Shown here: positions 27,551 through 38,069 of the stretch, piece by piece
Layout of the letters: every line of letters starts with the position of its first letter
How positions within the stretch are numbered: position 1 is the stretch's first letter
Source: an uncultured Rhodospirillaceae bacterium
Lineage (GTDB): Bacteria; Pseudomonadota; Alphaproteobacteria; MPNO01; UBA830
DNA: 64,000 nucleotides
Direction of reading: 5' to 3'
Assembly: GCA_963974055.1 (NCBI GenBank)
Contig: CAXBCP010000024.1
Span: 4,124-68,123, forward strand
Notes under the pieces: generated by a model
What the model saw: only the letters and a program-made list of their open reading frames with translations
Database searches by the model: none
What the model was told of the DNA's origin: nothing
Position numbers and translations under genes: made by a program

Positions 27551-28738
27551 TCAGCCCAGCGCCTTGACGCCCGGCAGGTCCTTGCCTTCGAGCCATTCGA
27601 GGAACGCCCCGCCGGCGGTCGAGACATAGGAAAATTCGTCGAGCACGTCGGCGGCGACCAGGGCGGCCACGGTATCGCCGCCCCCGGCGACGGTTTTCAG
27701 TGCGCCCGAGCGGGTCAAATCGGCAGCCACCCGCGCGACCATGACCGTGCCGGCGTCGAAAGGCGGCACTTCGAACGCGCCGAGCGGGCCGTTCCACACC
27801 AGGGTTTTCAGCTCGCTCAGCTTGGCGGCAAGGCCGTTTGCCGTGCCGGGGCCGACATCGAGGATCATCATGTCGCCGGGCACGGCGGAGACCGGTACCA
27901 CTTCGCTGGGCGCACCTTCGGCAAATTCCCGGGCGACGACGGCGTCGGACGGCAGGACGATCTGGCAGCCAGCTTCGTCGGCGCGGCCGAGAATATCAAG
28001 CGCGGTATCCGCCATGTCGTGTTCGCAGAGCGACTTGCCGACATCGGTGCCGAGCGCATGGAGAAACGTATTCGCCATCGCTCCGCCGATTGCCAGCATG
28101 TCGACCTTGCCGACCAGGTTGCCGAGCAGGTCGAGCTTGGTCGACACCTTGGCGCCGCCGACTATGGCGCCTACCGGGCGGTCCGGATTGCCGAGCGCGG
28201 AATCAAGGGCATCCAGCTCGGCCTGCATCATGCGGCCGGCGGCGGCAGGCAACAGGCGCGCCAGCGCCTCGGTCGAGGCATGGGCGCGGTGCGCCGCCGA
28301 AAACGCGTCATTTACATAGATATCGGCAAGCGATGCGAGCCGGGCCGCGAAGTCCGGATCGTTTGCCTCTTCGCCGGCATGGAAGCGCAGGTTTTCGAGC
28401 AGCACCACGTCGCCGCCCCTGGCCGCCGTCACGACCTTTTCCGCCTCCGGCCCGACGCAGTCATTGGCAAAGGCCACATTGCGCCCGCCGAGCGCCGCCG
28501 AGAGCGGCCCCGCGATCGGGCCGAGCGACAGATTGGGGTCGGCTTCGCCGTTGGGGCGGCCGAAATGCGATGCGACGACGACCACGGCGCCCTTGGCGGC
28601 CAGTTCCGCAATGGTCGGGGCCAGCCGGGAAATCCGGGTGGCATCCGATACCGCACCGTCGCGCATGGGTACGTTCAGGTCGGCGCGCAGGAAGACGCGT
28701 TTGCCGGAAACATCGATATCGTCGAGGGTCTTGTGCAT
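27551..28738 (-). CDS. pgk: Phosphoglycerate kinase
   Basis: [56 protein letters not shown]. Confidence 0.98.
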   Translation of the reverse strand: MHKTLDDIDVSGKRVFLRADLNVPMRDGAVSDATRISRLAPTIAELAAKGAVVVVASHFGRPNGEADPNLSLGPIAGPLSAALGGRNVAFANDCVGPEAEKVVTAARGGDVVLLENLRFHAGEEANDPDFAARLASLADIYVNDAFSAAHRAHASTEALARLLPAAAGRMMQAELDALDSALGNPDRPVGAIVGGAKVSTKLDLLGNLVGKVDMLAIGGAMANTFLHALGTDVGKSLCEHDMADTALDILGRADEAGCQIVLPSDAVVAREFAEGAPSEVVPVSAVPGDMMILDVGPGTANGLAAKLSELKTLVWNGPLGAFEVPPFDAGTVMVARVAADLTRSGALKTVAGGGDTVAALVAADVLDEFSYVSTAGGAFLEWLEGKDLPGVKALG

Positions 28739-28860
28739 GATGAATTCACTTCCCAGAGGTCAGAAACGAAAATCCCCCACCCGTCGGACCGGCCCGGCGG
28801 GCCGCTTCAGGATGGGGGATATTTATCGTGCGGTCCCGAAAGACCGGCCGGCCGACAGGC

Positions 28861-29871
28861 CTATTTCAGTTTCCCCATCGCCACCGCGGTGTCGAGCATG
28901 CGGTTGGAGAAGCCCCATTCGTTGTCGTACCAGCTGACAACGCGGACCAGCTTGCCCTCGACCACCTGGGTCTGGGTGACGTCGAACGTGGACGAGGCCG
29001 GGTCGTGATTGAAATCGCTCGAGACCAGCGGCGCGGCGTTGATGTTGAAGATGCCTTTCAGCCGGGGCGTCGCCGCCGCCTTCATGGCCGCCTCGTTGAC
29101 CGCTTCGACCGTGGTCTTTTTCTTCGGGATAAACGTGAAGTCGATCACCGAGACATTCGCCGTCGGCACGCGGATGGATGTACCGTCGAGCTTGCCGTTC
29201 AGTTCCGGCAGTACCAGGCCGACGGCCTTGGCGGCGCCGGTCGAGGTCGGGATCATCGACTGGGCGGCGGCGCGGGCACGGCGCGGGTCGCTGTGCAGCG
29301 TGTCCAGGATCCGCTGATCGCCGGTATAGGCATGAATCGTCGTCATGTAGCCCTGCTGGATATCGAACGCCTTGTGCATCACCGAGGCGACGGGGGCGAG
29401 GCAGTTGGTCGTGCAGGACGCATTGGAGACAATGGTGTGCGATTTGCGCAGCTTGTTATCGTTGATGCCGTAGACAACGGTAAGGTCTTCGCCGCTGGCG
29501 GGAGCCGAGATCAGGACCTTCTTCGCGCCCGCTTTCAGGTGCATTTCGGCCTGGTCGCGCTTGGTGAAGATGCCCGTGCATTCCAGCACCACGTCGATGC
29601 CGAGCTTGGCCCAGGGCAGGTCTTCCGGATTGCGCTCGGAGAACACCTTGATCACGCCGCTGCCGGCATTGATGCCGGTCGACGTCACCTTGACCTGCTT
29701 GGGGAATTTGCCGTGCGTGGTGTCGTGCTGAAGCAGCAGCGCGTTCATTTCCACCGAGCCGAGATCGTTGATCGCAACGACTTCGATATCCTTGCGGCCC
29801 GATTCCAGCGCCGCGCGCAGCGTCAGCCGCCCGATCCGGCCGAAGCCGTTAATTGCTACACGTACTGCCAT
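28861..29871 (-). CDS. gap: Type I glyceraldehyde-3-phosphate dehydrogenase
   Basis: [38 protein letters not shown]. Start MAVRV at 29871 with GAGGA RBS. Confidence 0.98.
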   Translation of the reverse strand: MAVRVAINGFGRIGRLTLRAALESGRKDIEVVAINDLGSVEMNALLLQHDTTHGKFPKQVKVTSTGINAGSGVIKVFSERNPEDLPWAKLGIDVVLECTGIFTKRDQAEMHLKAGAKKVLISAPASGEDLTVVYGINDNKLRKSHTIVSNASCTTNCLAPVASVMHKAFDIQQGYMTTIHAYTGDQRILDTLHSDPRRARAAAQSMIPTSTGAAKAVGLVLPELNGKLDGTSIRVPTANVSVIDFTFIPKKKTTVEAVNEAAMKAAATPRLKGIFNINAAPLVSSDFNHDPASSTFDVTQTQVVEGKLVRVVSWYDNEWGFSNRMLDTAVAMGKLK

Positions 29872-29923
29872 TTTTTCCTCCGATACTGCGTTCTGATCCA
29901 AATCGTGATTCGTCAGTCGATCG

Positions 29924-31912
29924 TCAAATCCGGGCTTTGACCGCGGCGGCGACCGCCGCGGGCGTGATGCCGAATTTCTCGTAGAGCTCTTCCGCCGGGG
30001 CCGACGCACCGAAGCCGGTCATACCGACGAAACTGCCCTCCGGGCCGATCCAGCGGTCCCAGCCGAACGATATCGCCGCTTCGACCGCGACCCGAACGCC
30101 GCTGCCCAGCACGCCCGCTTTATAGGCGTCGTCCTGTGCGTCGAACAGTTCCCAGCACGGCATGGACACAACCGCCGTCGGCACGCCATCGGCCTGAAGG
30201 GCCTCGCGGGCCGCCATGGCGATTTCGACCTCGGAGCCCGTGGCCAGGATCGTCGCTTTCCGGTCGCCGTCGGCTTCCGCCATTACATAGGCGCCCTTGG
30301 CGGACAGGTTTTCATCGGTGTGTTCGGTCCGCAACGTCGGCAGTCCCTGACGGGTCAATGCTATTGCCGCCGGTCCTTCGCGGCGTTCGACCGCGGCCTG
30401 CCAGCATTCGGCGGCCTCGACCGCATCGGCGGGCCGGAACACATGCACATTCGGCATCGCCCGCAACGCAGCAAGGATTTCGACCGGCTGGTGGGTCGGT
30501 CCGTCTTCGCCGAGACCGATTGAATCGTGGGTCAGCACATGGATCGCCCGCACGCCCATCAGGGCTGCCAGCCGCAGGGACGGCCGCAGGTAATCCGCGA
30601 AAATCAGGAACGTGCCCGAGAACGGGATCACCCCGCCATGCAGGGCCATGCCGTTCATCGCCGCCGCCATGCCGTGTTCGCGAACGCCGTAATACATGTA
30701 GCGCCCGGCATAGTCCGGTGGCGCGAGGCCTTCGAAACCGGCGGCCTTGGTATTGTTGGACCCGGTGAGGTCGGCGGAACCGCCGATCATTTCCGGGACG
30801 AACGGCGTGATCGCATCGAGCACCTTGCCGGACGACGCGCGCGTCGCCAGTTTCGGCGCATCAGCGGAAAACGCCTTCTTGACGTCGATAACCGACTTCT
30901 CCCAGCCCGCGGGCAGATCACCGGCCACGGCGCGTTCGAACTCGGCGCGTGCATCCGACGCCGCCAGACGACCCGACCAGGATTCACGGGCGCCGACGCT
31001 GCGGCTGCCCGCTTCGCGCCAGGCGGACACGATTTCGTTCGGAATCACGAAGGGTTCGTGCGGCCAGTTCAGCGCCTTGCGCGCCGCCGCGATTTCGTCG
31101 GCGCCGAGCGGCGCCCCGTGAACGCCGGACGTGCCCTGCTTGTTCGGCGCGCCGAACCCGATCACCGTCTTGCAGGCGATCAGCGACGGCCGGTCGGACG
31201 CCATCGCCGCTTCCATGGCGGCGGCAAGCGCCGCCGGGTCGTGCCCGTCGCAGCGCTGGGTGTGCCAGTGATAGGCATCGAAACGGCCGAGCGCGTCATC
31301 CGACAGCGACATTTCGGTGCCGCCGTCGATCGATATATCGTTGTCGTCATACAGCACGATCAGGCGGCCGAGCTTCATATGCCCGGCCAGCGACGCCGCT
31401 TCGTGGCTGATGCCTTCCATCAGGTCGCCGTCGGACGCGATCACCCAGGTCCGGTGATCGACCAGATCGTCGCCGTAGCGCGCGTTCATCGAGCGTTCGG
31501 CGATCGCCATGCCGACCGCGGTGGAAATGCCCTGCCCCAAAGGACCCGTCGTCATCTCGATGCCGCCGGCTTCGCCGTATTCCGGATGACCCGCGGTCCT
31601 GCTGCCGAGCTGGCGGAAATTGCGGATCTGGTCCATCGTCATGTCGGCATAGCCGGTCAGATGCAGCAGCGAATAGAGCAGCATCGAGCCGTGGCCCGCC
31701 GACAGGACAAAGCGGTCGCGGTCGGGCCAGGCGGGATCGGCCGGATCGTATTTCAGGTACTTGGTGAACAGCACCGTCGCCATGTCGGCGGCGCCCATGG
31801 GCATGCCGGGATGGCCGGAATTTGCGGCCTGCACGGCATCCATCGAAAGAGCGCGGATGGCGTTGGCGAGTTGGGTATGATCGACGTCTGTGGCGGTTGT
31901 TGCTTCAGGCAA
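29924..31912 (-). CDS. tkt: Transketolase
   Basis: [62 protein letters not shown]. Start approximate (TTG 31912). Confidence 0.97.
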   Translation of the reverse strand: MPEATTATDVDHTQLANAIRALSMDAVQAANSGHPGMPMGAADMATVLFTKYLKYDPADPAWPDRDRFVLSAGHGSMLLYSLLHLTGYADMTMDQIRNFRQLGSRTAGHPEYGEAGGIEMTTGPLGQGISTAVGMAIAERSMNARYGDDLVDHRTWVIASDGDLMEGISHEAASLAGHMKLGRLIVLYDDNDISIDGGTEMSLSDDALGRFDAYHWHTQRCDGHDPAALAAAMEAAMASDRPSLIACKTVIGFGAPNKQGTSGVHGAPLGADEIAAARKALNWPHEPFVIPNEIVSAWREAGSRSVGARESWSGRLAASDARAEFERAVAGDLPAGWEKSVIDVKKAFSADAPKLATRASSGKVLDAITPFVPEMIGGSADLTGSNNTKAAGFEGLAPPDYAGRYMYYGVREHGMAAAMNGMALHGGVIPFSGTFLIFADYLRPSLRLAALMGVRAIHVLTHDSIGLGEDGPTHQPVEILAALRAMPNVHVFRPADAVEAAECWQAAVERREGPAAIALTRQGLPTLRTEHTDENLSAKGAYVMAEADGDRKATILATGSEVEIAMAAREALQADGVPTAVVSMPCWELFDAQDDAYKAGVLGSGVRVAVEAAISFGWDRWIGPEGSFVGMTGFGASAPAEELYEKFGITPAAVAAAVKARI

Positions 31913-32130
31913 AACGAAATCTTCATTCTGGCCGGCGCGAACTCGCGCAGACGGGGTTTGGCCAAGGTATTTCAGGACCGGATGCAGAAATCTACGCCGG
32001 ACATTCGCGGTGCCCGGGACAGTCAGACCTTCTCCGATACGGAACGGGCGCAATGTATCCGCCCCGCCGACGGATTCAAGCCCCTTTAGGACGAATCGTC
32101 AGGGTTTTATGGTTAAACACCGTCCTGTCG

Positions 32131-33390
32131 TCAGCTTTTGACCACCATCCCGTCCGCGAGCGATAAACGGAGCGCCCCGAGGGCCGGAACGATGCCGGCA
32201 AGACAGCCCGCTGCCGCAACGCCGGCAAGATATATTCCCTCTGTGAACGTCGGCGGACCGATCGAAATAAACAGTCCGTACCGGGCCTCGATGACGGGTT
32301 GCGCTGCGACGAGACCGGCGTAGAGAAGCGCCAGGCCGACCGCGATACCGATCATGGAAACGAACATCGCTTCGAAGACGAACAGCGCGAAAATATGCGA
32401 CGGCCGCGCGCCGACCGAGCGGAGGATCGCCATTTCCCGGCGTCTTTCGTTGAGACTCGACATCAGCATCGTCATCATGCCGACCAGCCCGGCCACGACC
32501 ACGAAGACCGATATAACGGCAAGCGCGCTTTCCGCGGTGCCCATCAGGGACCAGAGTTCGTGCAGCGCGACGCCGGGCAGAATGGCGAGGAGCGGTTCTC
32601 CCCGGTACTCGTTGATCTTTCGCTGCACCGCGAAGGTCGCAAACCTGGTCTTCAGACCGACCATAAAAGCGGTGATTGCGCGGGGCTGAAGGTTCATGCG
32701 GCGCACCCGCTCCGCATCTATGCGGGCGCCGGGGACCGGCGTGCCGCCCCGCCAATCGATGTGAATCGCCTCGATCGCGCCAAGGCTGACGTGAACGGTG
32801 CGATCCACCGGGGTGCCGGTCCGCGCAAGGATACCCGATACGCGAAACGGTTTGTCCTTGTGGCTGGCGAACCCGATCCGCCCGATGCCGTGGTCCACGA
32901 CGATCTCATCGCCAACGCGATAGCCCAGAGCGGAAGCGACCTCGGCCCCGAGAACGGCATCGAATATGTCGTCGAACGGTTTGCCCGCCGCCATAACCAG
33001 CTTTCGGGCGCGCGCGTACCGGAAGAACCTGAAATAATCCGAATTCGTCCCCAGGACGCGAAAACCCCGATGGGAATCGCCGAGTGACAGGGGAATGGTC
33101 CATGCAACATTCGGATCGGCCGCCAGTTCGCGATAGCTGCGCCACGAGATATTGTTGGTCGCATTGCCGATCCGGAAAACCGAATAAAGAAGAAGCGGCA
33201 CCGATCCGCTGCGCGCACCGACGATGAGATCGGTACCCGATATGGTGTTGGAGAAACTGGCGCGCGCCTCCGTCCGGATGCGTTCGACACCGAGCAGCAG
33301 CATGACGCTCACCGCGATCGCAAAGACGGCGAGCGAAACCGTGAAACGCCGGCTGGCAAGGCTTTTCAGGGCGAGACGGAATACCGGCAT
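32131..33390 (-). CDS. MacB/FtsX-type ABC permease (ZrgC-like)
   Basis: TDLIVGARSG..LLLYSVFRIG, PLSLGDSHRGFRV, ERRREMAILRSVGA, LADG C-terminus. Confidence 0.9.
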   Translation of the reverse strand: MPVFRLALKSLASRRFTVSLAVFAIAVSVMLLLGVERIRTEARASFSNTISGTDLIVGARSGSVPLLLYSVFRIGNATNNISWRSYRELAADPNVAWTIPLSLGDSHRGFRVLGTNSDYFRFFRYARARKLVMAAGKPFDDIFDAVLGAEVASALGYRVGDEIVVDHGIGRIGFASHKDKPFRVSGILARTGTPVDRTVHVSLGAIEAIHIDWRGGTPVPGARIDAERVRRMNLQPRAITAFMVGLKTRFATFAVQRKINEYRGEPLLAILPGVALHELWSLMGTAESALAVISVFVVVAGLVGMMTMLMSSLNERRREMAILRSVGARPSHIFALFVFEAMFVSMIGIAVGLALLYAGLVAAQPVIEARYGLFISIGPPTFTEGIYLAGVAAAGCLAGIVPALGALRLSLADGMVVKS

Positions 33391-34103
33391 CAGGAATCCG
33401 CCCCGGGGCGTGCGGCGCGGTTCAGGTCGGACAGGGCGACATGGCGATCGAAAAGGGGCTCCATCCGGCGGTCGTGACTGACGAAGATCAGGGTCTGTCC
33501 CCCGGCCGCCACCTCGCTGAAAAGCAGGTCGAGAAAGGCGGTCCGGGCATCTTCGTCCAGCGCCGATGTCGGCTCGTCCGCGATCACCAGGTCGGGCGAA
33601 CCGACCAGCGCCCGCGCCGCGGCGACCCGCTGCTGCTGGCCGACGCTCAGATCGGCGACCCGGCGGCCCGACAGGGAATCGACGGGCAGCCCCATGCGTT
33701 GCAGCAACCGCCGGGCCTCGGCCGCCGGATCGCCGTTTCGGCGTTCGGCGCGGGCGCGCCGCCGGGCGGAAAACCGGCAGGGCAACAGCACGTTTTCGAT
33801 CAGAGACAGATAGGGAACCAGGTTGAAGGACTGAAAGATGAACCCGATACGGTCGGCGCGGAACCCGTCCCGCTTCGCCGGCGACAGCTGGTCGAACCGC
33901 GCTTCCCCGACCGATATCCGTCCGGCGTCGGGCACGGCGACGCCCCCGAGAAGATTGAGCAGCGTAGTCTTGCCGCTGCCGCTGGGCCCGCTGACGAAAA
34001 CGCGTTCGCCCGCGCCGACCGAAAAGGCGGGAATATCAAGGACCAGCGGCAGATTCGACCGCCAGCGGAAAGTGACGTCGGTCAGGTCGACGAGTCGATC
34101 CAT
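33390..34103 (-). CDS. ABC transporter ATP-binding protein (ZrgB-like)
   Basis: Walker A GPSGSGKTT, IGFIFQSFNL, LSVGQQQRVA, ADEPTSALD, VSHD. Confidence 0.93.
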   Translation of the reverse strand: MDRLVDLTDVTFRWRSNLPLVLDIPAFSVGAGERVFVSGPSGSGKTTLLNLLGGVAVPDAGRISVGEARFDQLSPAKRDGFRADRIGFIFQSFNLVPYLSLIENVLLPCRFSARRRARAERRNGDPAAEARRLLQRMGLPVDSLSGRRVADLSVGQQQRVAAARALVGSPDLVIADEPTSALDEDARTAFLDLLFSEVAAGGQTLIFVSHDRRMEPLFDRHVALSDLNRAARPGADS

Positions 34104-34135
34104 GTATGAGGACGTTCCGGGTGGTTGGTTCGGCG

Positions 34136-34744
34136 TCAGAGTTTCAGCCGGGCGGCAGTTGGTGTCAATTCCCGCACGATCTGTCCGGCCGGCGCGATGG
34201 CCTGGGCCTCGATCTCCCGTGCCCCGGGAAAGCTCTCGAAGAACCTGGTGTCGATATGGGTCAGTCTTTCCGGCGTCGCGCATCTGAACCGGTAGTGAGC
34301 GTGGAATTCGGAATGAGTGTCTTTTTCCGTATCTGCGTGGGCATGGTGCTTTTCCCCGGCATGGTCGTCAGCCTTCGGGATTTCCACCTCCGCCGAAACC
34401 ATCCTGCACCCGGCGGATGCCGGCATGACAAATAACGCATCGCCCCGCCTGAGCACTGCGGCGGCCTTTTCGACGACCAGCTTATCGGCATCTGTGGACG
34501 GTGCATGCTCGAATCCGACGATATCGGCGCCGGGTGATATGAGTTCGATTTCAAGGCCGGCACCCTCGACCGCCAGTTTCAGTTTACTGACTCCGTGTTC
34601 ATGGGCGCCGTGTTCATAGGCTTTGTCTTCATGGGCCTGATGCTTCGGTTCCACTGCGAATGCCGGGGCCGTCATCAGCAGGGCGATCAGCGTCCAGGCG
34701 CCGGCCGGAAAAATACGGTGCCGGGCGAATGCGGAAACATGCAT
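34136..34744 (-). CDS. DUF2796/ZrgA-like His-rich periplasmic zinc-binding protein
   Basis: Signal peptide, HGAHEHG, SPGADIVGFEHAP, His-rich linker, HSEFHAHYRFRC. Confidence 0.88.
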   Translation of the reverse strand: MHVSAFARHRIFPAGAWTLIALLMTAPAFAVEPKHQAHEDKAYEHGAHEHGVSKLKLAVEGAGLEIELISPGADIVGFEHAPSTDADKLVVEKAAAVLRRGDALFVMPASAGCRMVSAEVEIPKADDHAGEKHHAHADTEKDTHSEFHAHYRFRCATPERLTHIDTRFFESFPGAREIEAQAIAPAGQIVRELTPTAARLKL

Positions 34745-34786
34745 GGCGGGAGTCCTCGAATTTGGAATGGAAATCCGAAATTATAC

Positions 34787-34809
34787 GATATGTTATTACA
34801 TAACAATAT
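34787..34809. promoter_or_regulatory. Zur box
   Basis: GATA-TGTTAT-TAC-ATAACA-ATAT palindrome matching the Zur consensus TGTTAT-N3-ATAACA, about 45 bp upstream of the DUF2796 gene. Confidence 0.85.
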
Positions 34810-34854
34810 ATTTTCGACACTGCGCTCCGCAGGAGTCGTCTGCCGCCGGGAAAA

Positions 34855-35532
34855 TTACTCTTTGTAGGGCTCTACTTTTGCCGCTTCGACGGTGTAGCCC
34901 GCTGTGACCGGCACTTTTCCGTCGGAAAGCGGGACAATCTTCTGGGCGCGTTCGATCGTCATCCGCCCGGTTATCCAGACCGGCAAAAACAAATCGGTAA
35001 TGACAAACGGTTGCGCCAGCTTCACGAAGACCATCTGATTCTGCGGCGGCGGCGGCACATGGATACAGGCGCCGACATAGGGCACCAGCAAAAATTCCTG
35101 AATCGCCGCACCGTCGAATTCGAGCGGCAGCGCATAGCCGGGCAACCGGACGAACTGGCCGGCGAGCCGGTCGTCCACGGCGCTATCCTGCCGCACGGCC
35201 TCGGCCTCGACCTCATCGAAACGCCGAAGCAGGTCTTCCACATCGACCCCCTGGTTTTTCAGGTCATGCGTAGCCTCTACCACCATCTCGTATTCCGGGC
35301 TTACCTCTGACAGAAACCCCTTTTGAAACTGGCGCCGGACCGAGGCAATGCCATAAAGCTTGGCGGCCAGCACCGGTTCGAGATGGGCGAAAGGATCGGG
35401 AAGCGGCGACGATGCTTCCGGTGCAAGATCTTCCCAGGTAATCTGGCGGGCCGTCTGCCCGGCAACCGGTCCGACGGACAGCAGAAAAAGCGCCGCGCCC
35501 GCCGCCAGCAACCTGAACATCGCCATCCTCAT
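34855..35532 (-). CDS. DUF3299 family protein
   Basis: ITWEDL, VRLPGYALPL, EFLLVPYVGACIHVPPPPQNQMV, PVWITG. Start after a GGAGG RBS. Confidence 0.9.
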   Translation of the reverse strand: MRMAMFRLLAAGAALFLLSVGPVAGQTARQITWEDLAPEASSPLPDPFAHLEPVLAAKLYGIASVRRQFQKGFLSEVSPEYEMVVEATHDLKNQGVDVEDLLRRFDEVEAEAVRQDSAVDDRLAGQFVRLPGYALPLEFDGAAIQEFLLVPYVGACIHVPPPPQNQMVFVKLAQPFVITDLFLPVWITGRMTIERAQKIVPLSDGKVPVTAGYTVEAAKVEPYKE

Positions 35533-35627
35533 CTCAGAACCTCCAATCGCCATCGGCACACCCGAAAGGTAGGACCGGGTTTCCCGGAATGCCAGTGGGC
35601 ATTCGGCCGGCCTTGCCATTGCCCATC

Positions 35628-36410
35628 CTATTCCACGTACCAGCCGTGACTGACCACCACCGACTGCCCGGTCAGGGCGTTCGACGGGAAGGCCGCCAGG
35701 AAGATTGCAGTATCGCCGATATCTTCCAGCGTCGTGAATTCGCCGTCTACGGTATCCTTCAGCATCACGTCGCTGATGACCTGCTCCTCGGTGATACCGA
35801 GCGTGCTGGCCTGTTCGGGAATCTGTTTTTCGACCAGCGGGGTGCGCACGAAGCCCGGGCAGATCACGTTCGAACGCACGCCATAGGCCGCCCCTTCGAT
35901 CGCCACCACGCGGGCAAGGCCCAGCAAACCGTGCTTCGCGGTGACGTATGGCGCTTTCAGGGCCGATGCGACCTTCGAATGGGCCGAGCCCATCAGGAGG
36001 ATGGACCCGCCGTTTCCGGCGGCTTTCATCTGGCGCATGCACGCCTTCGTGGTCAGGAACGCGCCGTCGAGATGAATGGCGAGAAGCCTTTTCCAGTCGG
36101 CGAATTCAAGATCGGTGAGCGGCGCGATATGCTGATTGCCGGCATTGCTGACCAGAATATCGACCGTGCCGAAAGCATCGACCGTCGCTGCGACGCCTGC
36201 GTTCACGGCTTCTTCGTCCGTCACATTCATCTCCACCGCCATCGCGACGCCGCCCGCCACGCCGATTTCATCGGCGACGATCCGGCCGGCCTCTATATTC
36301 ATGTCGGCGATACAGACCTTCGCGCCCTCGGCCGCGTATCTCTGGGCAATTTCTTTTCCAAGTCCGCTCGCGGCGCCCGTTATCAGGGCGGTTTTTCCGT
36401 TCAGGCGCAT
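35628..36410 (-). CDS. bdhA: 3-hydroxybutyrate dehydrogenase (SDR)
   Basis: [57 protein letters not shown]. Confidence 0.9.
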   Translation of the reverse strand: MRLNGKTALITGAASGLGKEIAQRYAAEGAKVCIADMNIEAGRIVADEIGVAGGVAMAVEMNVTDEEAVNAGVAATVDAFGTVDILVSNAGNQHIAPLTDLEFADWKRLLAIHLDGAFLTTKACMRQMKAAGNGGSILLMGSAHSKVASALKAPYVTAKHGLLGLARVVAIEGAAYGVRSNVICPGFVRTPLVEKQIPEQASTLGITEEQVISDVMLKDTVDGEFTTLEDIGDTAIFLAAFPSNALTGQSVVVSHGWYVE

Positions 36411-36578
36411 CGTGAAATCTCCGGTGGGTGGATGGGTCGGGTATCACCGGTATATACGCGCCGTCCGCACGGGAGCAATAGACAGCCCGCGCCGCGGCGA
36501 CGTAGACTGGAAAAAACCGGGGCTGGTAAAAAAACCGGGCCGAACAAGAAAAGACGGGCATAACGGGGCAGCGCGGAC

Positions 36579-37295
36579 ATGGACACGATGATCGTCACCG
36601 GCGCGGGCAGCGGGATCGGCCATGCGCTGACGCGGCGACTGCTGAAAGAGAATTTCCACGTGTCCGCCTGGGACACCGCGCCGGGCGACCTTGCCGGCGC
36701 CAACGACGCCAATCTCGACTTTCACGAAATCGACGTCCGCGATGGGGCGGCCATGGCGGACGCCGTCGCCGCCGCCCGTTCCAGAACCGGCCGCATCGCC
36801 GGGCTCGCAACCTGTGCCGCGATATACCGGGCGGTGCCGTTCCTGGACCTGACCGAAGACGACTGGGACGATCACCTGTCGATCAACCTGAAGGGCACGC
36901 TGCTCGCCTGCCAGGCGGTGCTGCCGGCCATGCTGGCACAGAAATCCGGCAGTATCCTGCTGTTTTCGTCCTCGATCGCCCGCCGCGGCGCTCCGAACAG
37001 CGCTGCCTATGCCGCCACAAAGGGCGGCGTGCTCGGGCTCGCCCGGGCGTTGGCACTGGACCATGCGAGGGCGGGCATTCGCGCCAACACGATGTCGCCC
37101 GGCATCACCGACACGCCGCAGCCGCGCGGCAATATGAGCGAAACCGATATGTATTCCTGGGCCGACAATATCCCGCTCGGGCGCATCGGCGAGCCGGCGG
37201 ACATGGTCGAGACCGCCCTTTTCCTGTTGAGCGACGAGGCCAGCTTCGTCACCGGCCAGGATATCCGCGTCAATGGCGGCGCGGCGCTTTTCTGA
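36579..37295 (+). CDS. SDR-family oxidoreductase
   Basis: TGAGSGIG, YAATKGG, SFVTGQ..VNGG. Confidence 0.9.
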   Translation: MDTMIVTGAGSGIGHALTRRLLKENFHVSAWDTAPGDLAGANDANLDFHEIDVRDGAAMADAVAAARSRTGRIAGLATCAAIYRAVPFLDLTEDDWDDHLSINLKGTLLACQAVLPAMLAQKSGSILLFSSSIARRGAPNSAAYAATKGGVLGLARALALDHARAGIRANTMSPGITDTPQPRGNMSETDMYSWADNIPLGRIGEPADMVETALFLLSDEASFVTGQDIRVNGGAALF

Positions 37296-38047
37296 TGGCG
37301 GATACCCCCACCCTCCTTGTCACCGGCGGCGGCAGCGGGATCGGCCGCGCATCGGCGCTGCGCCTGGCGAAAGACATGCATGTGGCGGTGGCCGACCGGA
37401 ACGCGGACGGCGCCGCCGAAACCGTCGCGGAGATCGAAGCCGCCGGCGGATCGGCGACGGCGATTGAGGTCGATGTCGGCAACCGCGCCAGCGTAACGGC
37501 GATGAAGGACCGCATCGCCGCCGATATCGGCCCGGTCCACAAGGCGTTCCTCGCCGCCGGGATTTTTATCCGGGGCGTAACCGGCGACATCCCGGAAGCC
37601 GACTGGGACCGGATGATGGACGCACACGTCAAGGGCACCTTCCTGTGCTGTCAGGCGGTGCTGCCCGACATGATCGCCGCCGACAAGGGCGCGGTCGTCA
37701 CCATGTCGTCGGATTTCGCGATCATGGCGGTGCCGGGCGCCGCCGCCTATATGGCGGCGAAATCCGCGATCTATTCGCTGACCAAGTCGCTCGCCCTCGA
37801 ATTCGCGCCGCACGGCATCCGGCTCAACGCGCTGGGACCGGGACCGATCGACACGCCGATCCTGTCCGCCGGCAGGACCGAGGCCGAATACGGCGAAGCC
37901 CGCCGTAAACTGGCCGACAGCCTGCCGATGGGCCGCCTCGGCCGGCCGGAAGAGGTCGCGGCGGTACTCGATTTTCTCCTCAGCGACCGGTCGTCCTACA
38001 TGACCGGCCAGATCGTCCACCCCAATGGCGGCCAGTTGATGTGGTAG
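37295..38047 (+). CDS. SDR-family oxidoreductase
   Basis: TGGGSGIG, YMAAKSA, YMTGQ..NGG. TGATG coupling to the previous gene. Confidence 0.9.
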   Translation: MADTPTLLVTGGGSGIGRASALRLAKDMHVAVADRNADGAAETVAEIEAAGGSATAIEVDVGNRASVTAMKDRIAADIGPVHKAFLAAGIFIRGVTGDIPEADWDRMMDAHVKGTFLCCQAVLPDMIAADKGAVVTMSSDFAIMAVPGAAAYMAAKSAIYSLTKSLALEFAPHGIRLNALGPGPIDTPILSAGRTEAEYGEARRKLADSLPMGRLGRPEEVAAVLDFLLSDRSSYMTGQIVHPNGGQLMW

Positions 38048-38069
38048 CCCGGAACACAGGACCGAACGC

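Noticed and set aside
36510-36550. AAAAAACCGGG direct repeat between bdhA and the SDR genes
   Set aside because: Two short low-complexity copies; too weak to call.
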